Shown one piece after another: positions 13,601 through 56,765 of a DNA stretch of 64,000 bases. Source of the stretch: Phoronis australis (lineage: Eukaryota > Animalia > Phoronida); the NCBI GenBank assembly GCA_002633005.1, contig NMRA01000007.1, positions 370,617 to 434,616 on the forward strand. The letters run 5' to 3'. A model generated the notes under the pieces. It saw nothing but the letters and a program-made list of their open reading frames with translations. It did no database searches and was not told the origin of the DNA. Made by a program: the position numbers and the translations under genes. Numbering within the stretch: position 1 is the stretch's first letter; the number at the start of each line of letters is the position of its first letter.

Positions 13601-16600
13601 ATGGAGGCTAAATTCTAGTTGCAGAATTGCTTAACCACCTTACTAACTTTGCTGCAACCCCCCCCCCTTCATTCTCAATCAGAAGAGGAGACTACTCCAA
13701 AGATGAATTCAGCAGCCACCCAGTTGTCACGACAGAGAATTCCCGATCATTTTGGCATGTACTGTATGTCCAGAGCTTCAAGCCAACATTCTTTGGAGTG
13801 AATACAACTTACTACATATGCCTTACTTGTGAAGCTGGGATGTTTGCATCATAACCTAAACAATAAGTCAGTTGCCTGACATGATTACATTTGACATCCA
13901 AGCAACATCTTCGCCATTTTGACACTTATAGACAGCAAAATTCACCATAGCCAGTATCTAAGTCCTTTATTCATCATAACACACTAAACTCCAACAAGAG
14001 AGTATAGTACATACCACTTTATGGGTAACTTTTTTTACAGAGTGAAAGCAGGCCATGATGAAAACTCTTTCTGGAAAACACTACAGTCCTGAGGGACAGG
14101 ACTCAGCACCCTTGCCAGTTTTAAGTGAAACGTATCGCATGGTCTCGATAGGTCAGTGGTTAGAATGCCCGGCCAGTGTTTGGGAGATCCTGGGTTCAAT
14201 TCCTAGGTTGGGATAAATGAATTTCTCCAGACTGGCAAATAAATCCTAATGTAATTAGGCAAAAACCCACAATGCTTTCCGGACTGAAAAAAATCTTAAC
14301 AAGAGACTGACAAATGTGTAAAAAGCACTCTGCCTCTTAGGTCTAACAGCAAGATGTACTTAAATTCTTCCAGAGAGCAAACGGTTATTTATCAACAAGG
14401 AGAACGTCCCCAACTAGCTCCAAAATTTTAATAAGACTTACGTCAAGGGCAGGTTGGCCTTTTTCGTTTTCACGGTGCAGACCCCCTCTCCACAGTCCTT
14501 TCCAACTAACGCATGAGGATGAGGTTTGGCAGGACTCTCTTTAGTGACGCATGACACGACGACAACAGCTGAACCACTGTGGTTGTGGATCTACAAGCAA
14601 TAACGGCTCAACAAAATGCAAAATACGTAGCAATTCCTTCATAACCATCAGCTGCTTGCCACTGGAACTATTTCCTTATTAACATCCGATTCTGTGGATA
14701 TATTTTGTCTCATTTCTGTGGTGCAATACCTTGCTTCAGCATTCCAATTTACTAAGCAAATACAATGACTGTGACACGAGACTAAGCAAGTACTTTCACA
14801 ACTATGTTTGTTCAGGGCCACTGGAACAAGAAGGTTAAAACCCACCTGGCAAGTTTAAATATTTCTACATTCCCTGCCCCTTACTAGAATAAGGGTCAGA
14901 GAAAAGTTGAAATGTTTTAAGAGAAGTACTAATTAGCATTTTTGTAACAACTATACAAAAATATTAGCTTCTCCTTAAAGGTAGTTGATAAAGCAAAATT
15001 AGCATTTTGTAAAAATATAAAATTGCCGTTTTCAAACCACTATTTACCTGTATGGTAGGAAACGTCTTTTCAGAAGGACTAGAACTCTCTCCTGGAATAC
15101 TTCCCGCATTACGTCCTTCACACTCGTAACGGAATCGTAACCCTCTGGCCTTAGGCTGTTCAATTATCTCCAGATACGGTTCCTGTGTGTTGATTTGGTA
15201 CGATCCAACTGAGTTGAATTGGCCACTCTGCATACCATTGGAGTTCGTGACTGAAAGGAAAGTGGACCTTCCAAGTTGTGGTCATTGTTTCTTACCATAT
15301 TTGATCGTTTTTGTCTAGGAGTCTGTTTCAAGAAAGTGACTTAAGATTTAAGTCAGATATTTGGTCTTATACTCTACACATTTTCAGAAAAAATAATTAA
15401 ATCTCACTTGATCAAAAGAGCAAAGTCTCTGGGAATATTCACAAAACTGCTACTTACTGAGATACTTTCAACAAATTATTTTTAGACTGTGATACAGTCA
15501 TAATGGCTCAAACCTTTTTTCAGCAAATTGTCAAGTGGCAGCTTAAGACCAAAGTTCTTCACAATTCACAAGTTTTCAAAAGTTTTGAATTTTTTCCACA
15601 AACACGCTCAGGTCATTGCCAATGTGTCAATCACTTCTAGGGACACCAATTAAAATGTTCCGTGGATGTTGTTGGATAATGCAAAGGCATCCACCTTTGT
15701 TTTTTTTTGTACACAGATAAAGGTCACGATTCATTTTGATGAATAAGATATAAAGAAAAGTTTTAGATTTAACTTTAATTTTTTTGCATAAGCCATGTCA
15801 AGCAACTTTAAATGAAATCACAAGGATTCAATGAACAGCTTTTGTCAAACACTGCATTCATAGCAACCATACCAAAAACTCTGAAAAACAAATTTCCACT
15901 AATTGATTTTCATTTTCGGTAACCGTGAACAATTGTTAAACATTTTTGTTAACAAATAATAAGGCTTGACCGAGTGTGGCAACAAGAGTACAAAAACATA
16001 AGTTAAACCATTGCTACAGTCTATGGTAATGTCAATTACTAGAAGAGCTTAGAATACTGACAACTGGAGCAAATGTATTTGGAAGCAGTCCAGGTCGCTA
16101 TTTGTCCAAAGAAAACATATGAAAACTCTGTTTTGTGTACACTGTTCCACCTTTGAAGTAAAAAGATATTCCCAGTTTTGAATAAAGTAATTTAATGAAT
16201 TTTCTTGTCCAGTGGAGTATGTGTTGACTTGTCTCTTGATCAGTGACACCAGTGAGGATTTCAAAAATTTCTGCTCCAGTAATCCATTATCAGTACACTG
16301 TACAGGCGAGCAGATGGTATATTAGCTAAACCAGGAGCAATACTTCATTCATGTATGACATATATTGGTTGAAATGATCGACGCTCTATATTTAGTAGTA
16401 TGCTGTAGTCTACGATTAAGAGCATCTTGGTTGCATCTACCTCCAAAACTTCCATTTGTCCCAGAAAGCATCTCCTTTGTTAGATTATCCAAATCATCGC
16501 TGTTCATAATATAATCTCCACTGTTCAGCACAAACTCTGAAAGGAAGGAGAAAATCAGAAATAAATGAACAAGAAGACAATGACATGTCGTTCAGATGGC

Positions 16601-18000
16601 GCAAAATTTACATGCATGTTTTCATGATACCCTATATCGTACTACGATTGTAAACTCAAGTTTATTCTTAGCACTGAGCAACAGGCCAGAAGTCATTTAC
16701 ACCCAGCTAAAATATAGCTTGAATTCAATGTACCCCACCACTCTTTAATCTGACAAGACATATTACCGTACTCGTCCGGGTTACCACCCAGGGCGCTTAA
16801 GTTGGGAATCTAAAAAACCGGGGGTGGGCAGTTAGCCAAGCATGGGCGGTAACCAGGACGAGTATGGTACATCCAATATTTTGTTCATATGTTGCTCCAC
16901 AGCTGGCAGAATAAAAATTTGTGATCTCGGTTTATGAATATTTTGCTAAGCAACTGTCCCGCTGTAGACCATGGACAACAGTAAACACCTTCGAACGCAC
17001 GTGTATTCATAGTCACAGACAAACTATTATGATTAGAGAATTATGATGTACAGATGGCACTGGGTGTTTGCCCCAGTCAACATGTTCCTTAATAATTAAA
17101 AGTGTGAAAACATCATGAGCAACCATTCACATTATGATTTTCACATGCTTTTATAATTTTAGTTTCATCCTTGGCAATGAACAAATGCACGTTCGAAGGT
17201 CCAGAACTAATAATACATTGTACTCATACTCGTGGTTGTCCATGAAGTCTACGATCCGACAGTTGACCTGTAGATTAAACCCATTACCTAGATTCCGTCA
17301 GCTGGAGCCAATGAACACATATTTACAACATTTGAAAATGAAAAAGCCTGACAGCTACATCCAGGCCACACCACAAGGGGATATACATCCAAGTACAGAA
17401 TCACCAATGAAAATTGTCAACAATTACGAATTTGTTGAACCTGTGAAATGGAATGGTGACTTAATACCCCTACCTAAATTTAGTTGCATATGTCGAATAG
17501 TAGGACATTCTCATGCAAGATGGCGGGAGGTGGGACAAGGCTTCAAAAAGCGGGAACGGTCCAGCCAAAAAGTCAAACATTTGGCCAGTAGGCCTATAGC
17601 ATATTGATAATCGCGATAATGCATGAAGTCAGATTTTAACAAAACATGATTGAAGGGAGGATTGTTAAAAAATCTGTAATCGACAATCCTGTAATCTCAT
17701 TATTACCGTCTGGGCGCATGGCGTACTGTATCAAAGATCAGACCAAGTTTCACCGTTTCACAATGAATATAAAGCGTGCATTTAGTACTATAATAATACA
17801 CACAACTTCTAGCCCTTATGAGACTCAATTCCTCAATGAATAACATGCAACTACTTACTTACAGATAAGACGTATCTAAGCTGAATGCGTCATTATCCTT
17901 ATCATCAGGAACGTGACCAATTTAACAACAAAAATTCACAAAAAATCGACAGATCTAGCACCTGACTTGGACACTTACCCGTCCCCATGCTTCCTTCCAT
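4607..18000 (-). CDS. Rel: Rel-class NF-kB transcription factor (c-Rel/RelA/Dorsal-like), 13 coding exons, ~495 aa
   Basis: Exons in minus-strand 5'->3' order: 17979-18000, 16441-16536, 15048-15250, 14442-14590, 13257-13348, 12670-12804, 12169-12267, 10229-10320, 8927-9065, 7544-7618, 7005-7088, 5886-5980, 4607-4813. All are GT-AG, phases join, and they total 1488 nt. RHD motifs: [81 protein letters not shown] domain: [59 protein letters not shown], then an acidic/Q-rich tail with no ankyrin repeats. The N-terminal exons (1-2) and C-terminal exons (11-13) rest on splice sites and phase only. Confidence 0.93.
8495..8680. repeat. Dispersed repeat with an inverted copy at ~58440-58600
   Basis: GTGATAATCTAACTTGTAG and AGTGGTCTAAATCAAAA here; CTACAAGTTAGATTATCAC and TTTTGAATTAGACCA at 58.4-58.6 kb. 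Confidence 0.5.
9654..10080. mobile_element. MITE with ~50-bp TIRs (PIF/Harbinger-like GGG ends) in Rel intron 8
   Basis: GGGTTGCATGAAACAGTCCCAAATAGGGAC...TAAATCT at the left end versus AGATTTAGGAAACTTAG..GTCCCTATTTGGGACTGTTTTAAGCAACCC at the right end. Confidence 0.6.
11190..11259 (-). pseudogene. tRNA-like sequence (SINE head or tRNA pseudogene)
   Basis: Minus strand GCTGAGTAGTGTAGTGGTAAAG...GGGGTTCGAATCCGGCCTCGGTT has A and B boxes and partial acceptor-stem pairing, but the anticodon stem does not pair. Confidence 0.5.
11809..11964. repeat. Palindromic (hairpin) repeat element in Rel intron 7
   Basis: TAGATTATTACATG...GATTTTGGAGAATTATCACCC-tcggggcgaacgcccctc-GGGTGATAATTTTCCAAAATC...CATGTAATAATCTA folds back on itself along its length. 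Confidence 0.6.
13113..13287. repeat. ~87-bp tandem duplication covering the 3' end and splice donor of Rel exon 5
   Basis: ctataggtcatgatcaaaatgtc...gggatccactc(a/g)gatctgttctct occurs twice (13113-13200 and 13199-13287). Confidence 0.85.
14141..14214 (+). mobile_element. tRNA-derived SINE-like head in Rel intron 4
   Basis: A box TAGGTCAGTGG and B box GGTTCAATTCC at tRNA spacing, flanked by a short inverted pair TTGCCAGT/ACTGGCAA. Confidence 0.5.
16766..16867. mobile_element. Tc1/mariner-pogo-type MITE (CCGTA...TAYGG, TA flanks) in Rel intron 1
   Basis: TA|CCGTACTCGTCCGGGTTACCACCCA...TGGGCGGTAACCAGGACGAGTATGG|TA; ~25-bp imperfect TIRs with TA on both sides. Confidence 0.65.
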
Positions 18001-18122
18001 ATTAACTTAATGATTATAAGCCGAAACAGGAGTAACACTTCAATGTTATTGGATGAAAAGCAAAATCCCAAATGCTATATTTAGTGCAACGAGTCATACA
18101 AAAAAACCCACGAATCGAAACT

Positions 18123-18150
18123 GGAAAATTTCCGGGAGTGGGAAATTCCC
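18123..18150. promoter_or_regulatory. Tandem kB (NF-kB/Rel binding) sites
   Basis: GGGAAATTCCC (reverse complement GGGAATTTCCC) matches GGGRNWYYCC on both strands; GGAAAATTTCC lies 6 nt away. Confidence 0.7.
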
Positions 18151-18205
18151 AACTTGTGTACATCGAATCCTATGTCATATTTTTCAGCCAATACGCACAA
18201 AGTCG

Positions 18206-18213
18206 TGACGTCA
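18206..18213. promoter_or_regulatory. Full palindromic CRE (CREB/ATF site)
   Basis: TGACGTCA inside the divergent promoter. Confidence 0.55.
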
Positions 18214-18220
18214 TACACAA

Positions 18221-20447
18221 ATGGAAGACGACGAGAAGTCCCGCGTTTTGTTGACACAAGGTGATTCTGTCCCGAATACACCGGCTCAGAGCACTAAACC
18301 TGTCAACAGCAAACCAGAAGAAAGAGGAGATGCCTCTGAGCTTACCGAACAACAAAAGTTAGACATTATCGCTAACCAATTATCTCAAGCATTTGGTGAA
18401 ACTCCACCAATACCGCCGCCTGGTGCCAGAGGGGACGCAGGTGACAATCTCAAGGATGCTGACAGCACAGGTTATGTTGCGCCCATCAACGATCCGTACA
18501 GAAGAGCTATTACATATCTGGAACAGCACAACATTCTTCAAGTGTTTCAAGTAGGTTTTTTTCGCGGCATCAATGTGTGTGTTTCATTTGAAAGTAAAAT
18601 AGATTGCAATTTTATTTTTGGTTACTATGTAACGCTCCTGCTTAGTAACGCATTGTAATAGACTAGGTTAAATAAATTTCCACTTTTCAAACATGATTCA
18701 GAGCTTGCCTTTTAAATTTCTTGATCCTTTTAAACTACCTTAAGGACTTAAGTAAATAGCCAAATGGTTCGAACACTTACTGTGGTTCGATCACATGCCA
18801 CAAATCCTTCCACTCTGTTATATACTTTATTCACTTTATTGTATAAGATAAGATTTGCCTGAAAAATTAAGACGTTTGATTTTATTTTTACCCTTTCTGT
18901 GAACGAAAACAAAGCCCACCTTTGAACTCCTTATATTAATTTTAGTATTGAGCTTTCCCCACAAACATTGGTCTTCGTTTTGTGGGAAATAGCTGTAATA
19001 TGATTTATATCAGCTGATTTGATTGTCTGTCCGAAAGTTTCACTAATTGCCATGTTTTATGACCCACACCTGGAAAGGTCTATTCAGATCAGTGATAATA
19101 GCATGTCTAAGTGTCTAGTATACTGTATACTCCCTGAAGCCCCTAAGTTCGCTTCAAAGTTAAAATAGGGTTATGATGGAATTGTTGCTTTGTCAAAGTC
19201 TATGATTTCCTGGTGAACCAATAGAAAGTGTACGCTACGTCTTAAAAAACTTTGGCACCCATCTAAGATGGGTCCAAAAAATCCTAAGATGTACATAAAC
19301 TTCCAAGTAGTGGATAGAGAGTGTGGTGACCTGATGTTGGTGGGTCAATCCAGAACATTTTGGGTTTGCATGGAGGGGGTAACTACCCAGTAGTTGGCAT
19401 GGTGGCTTAGAAATTTGTGGAGGGTTGTAAATCATGGGCATTATTCTGACACAATAGGCCTTTTGAAATTGACATGCAAGTTCAGTGAAAGTAGTTCTTT
19501 GTGAACCTTGCTTTGAATATAGTATTGCTGATAGCAAGTTCGAGGAGCTAGCTGCAGTGTTGCTGAGATCTCAAGTCTGTTCTGTTGTAACGCATGACTT
19601 CCAGTTCTGCCATACTGTAAAGGCTTTTTTAAATTGACAATTGGATCTTACCTGATTACGTACACAGTGCTGAAATGTCTGTCAAGCAGTTCTCTAGCCT
19701 CGTTTTCACACCATCGGAGTTTCTCGTGCTATTTTTGGTACCTTTTCTTAAATTTTTTTTCGCAACTCCTCCATTAACTGCATTATCCTGGACGAACCTG
19801 TTTGGCTGAATGATTTGGTCTCTTACCATTGTCTTAAGTGGTCACTGTTTCGATTCTTGGCTGAACCAAGAAAAAGGTTATGTAAGACACTAGAAAATTC
19901 CAAACTTTGGAACATCTCAGAAATGACTGTTCGATAGTTACACATTAAAAACATCCCATTTCACGACACGTTGTAATTGGTCAATAGATTTGTACAATTC
20001 TTGCTATTGCAGAGGCAGGTTCACCAGGGAATCTGCTCTAATGTCCTGTTGCCTGGAGTAGAGCAATTACCGCTTTAGCGATAGGTCATGGCAATAAAAC
20101 ACTATAGCTGAAATAAATTGGTATATCTTGGACTGAAACTGGAGATTTTTCAAACTTTTTGGCTTCCATGAAACTGAATTCCTTGTCATTTTTACCCAAA
20201 GAAATACTAATAAAAGTTAGCCAAAATAGATACATCATGTTCCAGTAACTGTTTGAACCATGCCATCCTTATTCTCATATTTTATTTGCTACATTTTCAG
20301 TATATAACGTCCGGCATTGTTTACAAGAGGCCCGATGACCCTATTGACTTCATGATCAACGAATGTGCGAAACTTAAAGAGAAAAGAGACTCAGGAAGTG
20401 ACATGATACTAGACATTGTGAAACAGAAATCACAGACTGACTCTTGA
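18221..20447 (+). CDS. TEX55: TEX55 (C3orf30)-like protein with C-terminal RIIa/Dpy-30-type dimerization/docking domain, 2 exons, 158 aa
   Basis: Exon 1 is 18221-18550 (ends ...LQVFQ|gtaggt) and exon 2 is 20301-20447 (ttttcag|TAT...TGA), phase 0. The joined C-terminus DPYRRAITYLEQHNILQVFQYITSGIVYKRPDDPIDFMI matches my recollection of the TEX55 D/D motif (YMEKHNILQIFQ.IT..LVY..P.DP..FM). The N-terminus is low-complexity and probably disordered. Confidence 0.8.
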
Positions 20448-20500
20448 GGCAGGATGGACAATGATGGAATAGTGTTGAATTGCTCATTTCATGCAATTAT

Positions 20501-20732
20501 CAGGGCTTGGAATGACCAAATGACAAAGAAGAAAATTCTCCAGGTGACATGTGATTAAAAAATAAATAGGGTTACGTGATAGAAATGTTCTTTTTGTTGT
20601 AAAATTTAACTGCAAAAAATGTTTTTTGCATGAAAAGTCAAAATAATGATAAAAAAAGACAAAAAAGAAGAAACTGGAAATCGAAACCAAAAAAGAGGAA
20701 ATCCTCTTATAAAAGGAATATTCCAAGCCCTG
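20501..20732. mobile_element. hAT-like MITE (CAGGGCTTGGAAT TIRs), copy 1, in the TEX55-like 3'UTR
   Basis: 13-bp perfect TIR CAGGGCTTGGAAT...ATTCCAAGCCCTG; homologous copies at 24836-25078 and ~47725-47852. Confidence 0.7.
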
Positions 20733-21121
20733 AATTACTTTTAAGATTTTAACCATGACAGGACAAAACGACATATCAAAGAATTGTCCGCTTGTGAATT
20801 GCCAAGTGTTCTTAGAATTAGTAATTTATATGGTTGTTGAGGTGTTATATAGACTTGACCTTGTACAAGGTATGAAAAAGTAAGGTTTCTAAATGATACT
20901 TGAAAGCAAGTTGTCCATATTCTTGGTTAGTCAAAGCAGGTTGTCCATATTCTTGGTTCGTCACGGGTGAAAGAGGTGTTTCGATCTTGCAGAGTGCAAG
21001 ATATTCAAACTGCGTCTTCACTGTCATGACCCGTGTATGCTTACTAAGTCTGTAACTCTTGTCAAAACTTGTGGGGGAAAAACTTGAATACTACAAAGTC
21101 TACGTGATTGGCCAGTCTGAC

Positions 21122-21265
21122 GAACACTTTGAGCAGGTTAAGTGGTGCTCGGCTCTTTGAGCAGGTTAAGTGATGCTGGACACTTTGAGCAGGTTAAGTG
21201 GTGCTCGGTACTTCGAGCGGTGGTAAGTGATGCTGGACACTTCGAGTGGGTTAAATGGTGCTGGA
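21122..21265. repeat. ~28-bp minisatellite, about 5 degenerate units
   Basis: Units of g(a/g)cactttgagcaggttaagtg(g/a)tgct, with two alternating variants. Confidence 0.8.
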
Positions 21266-22158
21266 AACCGAGCGAGTTTAGTGATAATGTGGGTAAATAC
21301 TACACACATAAAACACAAGATCAATTTTGCAACATGAAGCATTTTAGCCAAATAATGCCAATCCCTCAGGAACTGTTAATTGTACAACAGCAAATGACTG
21401 GATAATTTATGGGTAAAATCATCAAAACAGGGTTTAGCATTATTTTTAAGATGGTCACTGCAACATATCAAGCAAAATGCATTACAGATTAAAGTTTAGA
21501 TTCATAACCAGAATGTTCTAAACTGATTCAGCTGCAGTCCAAATATTGTAGACGTAAATCTTCTGTTAAAGCAAAAAAGGATTGGTTTTAGAAAAGAATC
21601 TCCAGTGTTTTAAAATTGTTTTGTAATTGAAACTAATTTTCCCTGTGGGTCTTTGTATCAGTGACCAAGTATCCAGATGCGTTCTGCAATAACCAAAAAG
21701 CATTCACGTTTTATAGTCTTGATAAAACTTGGGCTTAAATGCTCAGTCCTCACCGAGGACATCATTGGAACATTTCCTATTAAGAATAAGACGTTCAGAT
21801 TGTAGGCTGACTGTATGTGCGTGAGAGTATGAAAATAAAAACATATAAGTAAAACAACAAGTATTGTATTCAGTTGAGACTATCACTAAAACCTACTGTA
21901 TTACCAATTGGACTGGGTTGCATAAAACTGATTACCTGCTGGATAAGTGATTGTAATGACATTACCATTATGATTTGTAATAAGAATCATTGCCGACTTG
22001 TGTACCGTGTATGCATAGAGTGTAATATACCACTACAGAGTCTAACACGGTCATATCACCTGCCCTTGTTATAACAAGATATCTGTACATTGAGTCATGG
22101 TCGGGACAGAAATCTTTTGATTTCTAATTACCAGGTCACGTGACAGGATCATACATGA

Positions 22159-23534
22159 CTCCATAGCAGTATCTGCTACCTGCATGAACGTTTTTGCTCA
22201 ACAATGGTAACATGATGAGCAATAGTGCGATGCTATGATTGTGATCAGCCAGAGTACATATTTTACGCAACGAAGTCCTGTTGGTCAGAAGTTTCTACTA
22301 CTTCCACAAAAAGGAATATTGCAAGACGAACACATCAGTAATGATTGAAATGAAAAGAAGAAACAGATTACAACCAGCTCATATATATAGACAATTTGTC
22401 AGTTAGGTACTTTACAGCCAGAAACTTAGTCCCATGCAGCGCCACTTTTGTTCATGTTTTGTAACATTGATTTTTAATACCGCTAGTTACTGTTCCCTGT
22501 AAAACGAGAGAAATCTGTGGACTGAATGGAGTTCAGTCACTATTTCAAATGAAAGATTCATCAACTTGATTAAGTCAAGTTTGGATTAATTCGCAAAAAA
22601 ATCTGATGTGATTGCTACATTCGTATCTAGACAAAACCAGCATAAACTCTGCCCACCAAGCACAACATGGTAAAAATCTAATCAAAATAAGTGCAATATA
22701 TAAACATAATAACAAAAGCTATGGCTTTGAAGGAATGAATCTGAGTATATAACAGTCTATGAAAATACAACATACAATATAAGCAACATTATACAATATT
22801 TACACTTTGATACGATTTCATCTAGCACACAGAAATTAAAAAATATATANCTCCATAGCAGTATCTGCTACCTGCATGAACGTTTTTGCTCAACAATGGT
22901 AACATGATGAGCAATAGTGCGATGCTATGATTGTGATCAGCCAGAGTACATATTTTACGCAACGAAGTCCTGTTGGTCAGAAGTTTCTACTACTTCCACA
23001 AAAAGGAATATTGCAAGACGAACACATCAGTAATGATTGAAATGAAAAGAAGAAACAGATTACAACCAGCTCATATATATAGACAATTTGTCAGTTAGGT
23101 ACTTTACAGCCAGAAACTTAGTCCCATGCAGCGCCACTTTTGTTCATGTTTTGTAACATTGATTTTTAATACCGCTAGTTACTGTTCCCTGTAAAACGAG
23201 AGAAATCTGTGGACTGAATGGAGTTCAGTCACTATTTCAACTGAAAGATTCATCAACTTGATCAGTTTGGATTAATTCGCGAAAAAATCTGATGTGATTG
23301 CTACGTTCGTATCTAGACAAAACCAGCATAAACTCTGCCCACCAAGCACAACATGGTAAAAATCTAATCAAAAAAGTGCAATATATAAACATAATAGCAA
23401 AAGCTATGGCTTTGAAGGAATGAATCTGAGTATATAACAGTCTATGAAAATACGACATACAATATAAGCAACATTATACAATATTTACACTTTGATACGA
23501 TTTCATCTAGTACACAAAAATTAAAAAATATATA
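22159..23534. repeat. ~690 bp tandem duplication joined by a single N (22159-22849 and 22851-23534); probable haplotype/overlap artefact
   Basis: Both copies start ctccatagcagtatctgctacc and end ttaaaaaatatata, with a few SNPs/indels; an 'n' at 22850 sits exactly at the junction. Confidence 0.9.
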
Positions 23535-24644
23535 GTACTCCTTAACTATTCTCTGATACACCGATACATTCATTTAAGTACAACAAAAATATTAAAAACA
23601 TCACAAAAGCTCTTTTAAGCAATATGTACATTGGAAGACAAACGAAAACAGATCCCAAAAAGAGTGACTAGGTGGCCAGTTTAAGTAATGTGGACAGTAC
23701 TTTGTACAAAAGTTGTGACCCAGCTGGATGGGTAGATGGCAATAGAATCGTTGGTGGACAAATATTCAGATTACATACAATGTGGACGGATATTTGAAAT
23801 GGTAAGATTTTACATTTTTTTAAATTCCATGCTATTTCAACCCCATTACTACTGATTTGTGGTGCGAAGTCACAAAAACGATTCGCTTAAAAATCAACAT
23901 CATGAAATATTCGTGCATGAAAACAATGACGGCATAGCCTCACAAATTTTGGACACGAATAATTGCCCAAGGCTTCCAACATTGCTCTTAATTCCTATAA
24001 CATTACAAAACATTATATCACCGTAGCCAAGGTACAGAACTTGAAAAAGGTAAAGCATTAGACTGGAGCTACTGAGTTAGTATGAAAACAATGAGAACAT
24101 AAATTTCACTTGTCCGCCATATTGTTTCCTAAATTGGAGATCGAATAAAGCAGACGTTGCTCTCACACTACCACCAAGTCATCAAATTTCATACAAACAT
24201 TTGCACGCTTGATATTAAGCACAGAGCAATGTGTTTTAGCAGAAAAATAGAAGTTTTGCATCAATTTACAGCAATATCTGTGCAAAGAAACAACCTTAGC
24301 ATACACATTACCTGATTCACACTCGCCAATTTACACCCGACAAAAATTTTCATCACAAAGCAAGAGACATTTTCCTTCTTCCCCACTTTTGAACTTCATT
24401 ATTCGTGACACACTTCCCCATACCATCATTGCAGAGTAAATAGATCTCCTTCATGATTTTTACGCCGAGGTTGTACGTGCGAAGGACATGTCCACTTTAA
24501 ACAGGACACTAATAAGACAGCTAGTTACGAAGAAAATTTATGAAATTGCACAAAAACCCCCTACAGTGGTGTCAGAAAGTGTGTACATGGTCAAATACCC
24601 TGCTTCATTGACCAATGGTCTTACAGTTGTCTACGATTCCTTAT

Positions 24645-56765
<32,121 letters not shown>

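Larger units (their letters stand above)
18001..18220. promoter_or_regulatory. Compact bidirectional promoter/5'UTR region shared by Rel and the TEX55-like gene
   Basis: Divergent ATGs at 18000 (-) and 18221 (+); contains GGAAAATTTCC (18123-18133), GGGAAATTCCC (18140-18150) and TGACGTCA (18206-18213). Confidence 0.7.

Noticed and set aside
17134-17607. 157-aa plus-strand ORF
   Set aside because: It is antisense within Rel intron 1, has no recognisable domain and has composition typical of a chance ORF.
17855-17925. Strong minus-strand donor (gtaagtaagt) in Rel intron 1, suggesting an extra exon
   Set aside because: No acceptor/phase combination keeps the frame open into exon 2; at most a non-coding alternative exon, which cannot be supported without RNA data.
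21122-21265. CRISPR-like array
   Set aside because: The units are contiguous with no unique spacers, there are no cas genes and the context is eukaryotic.
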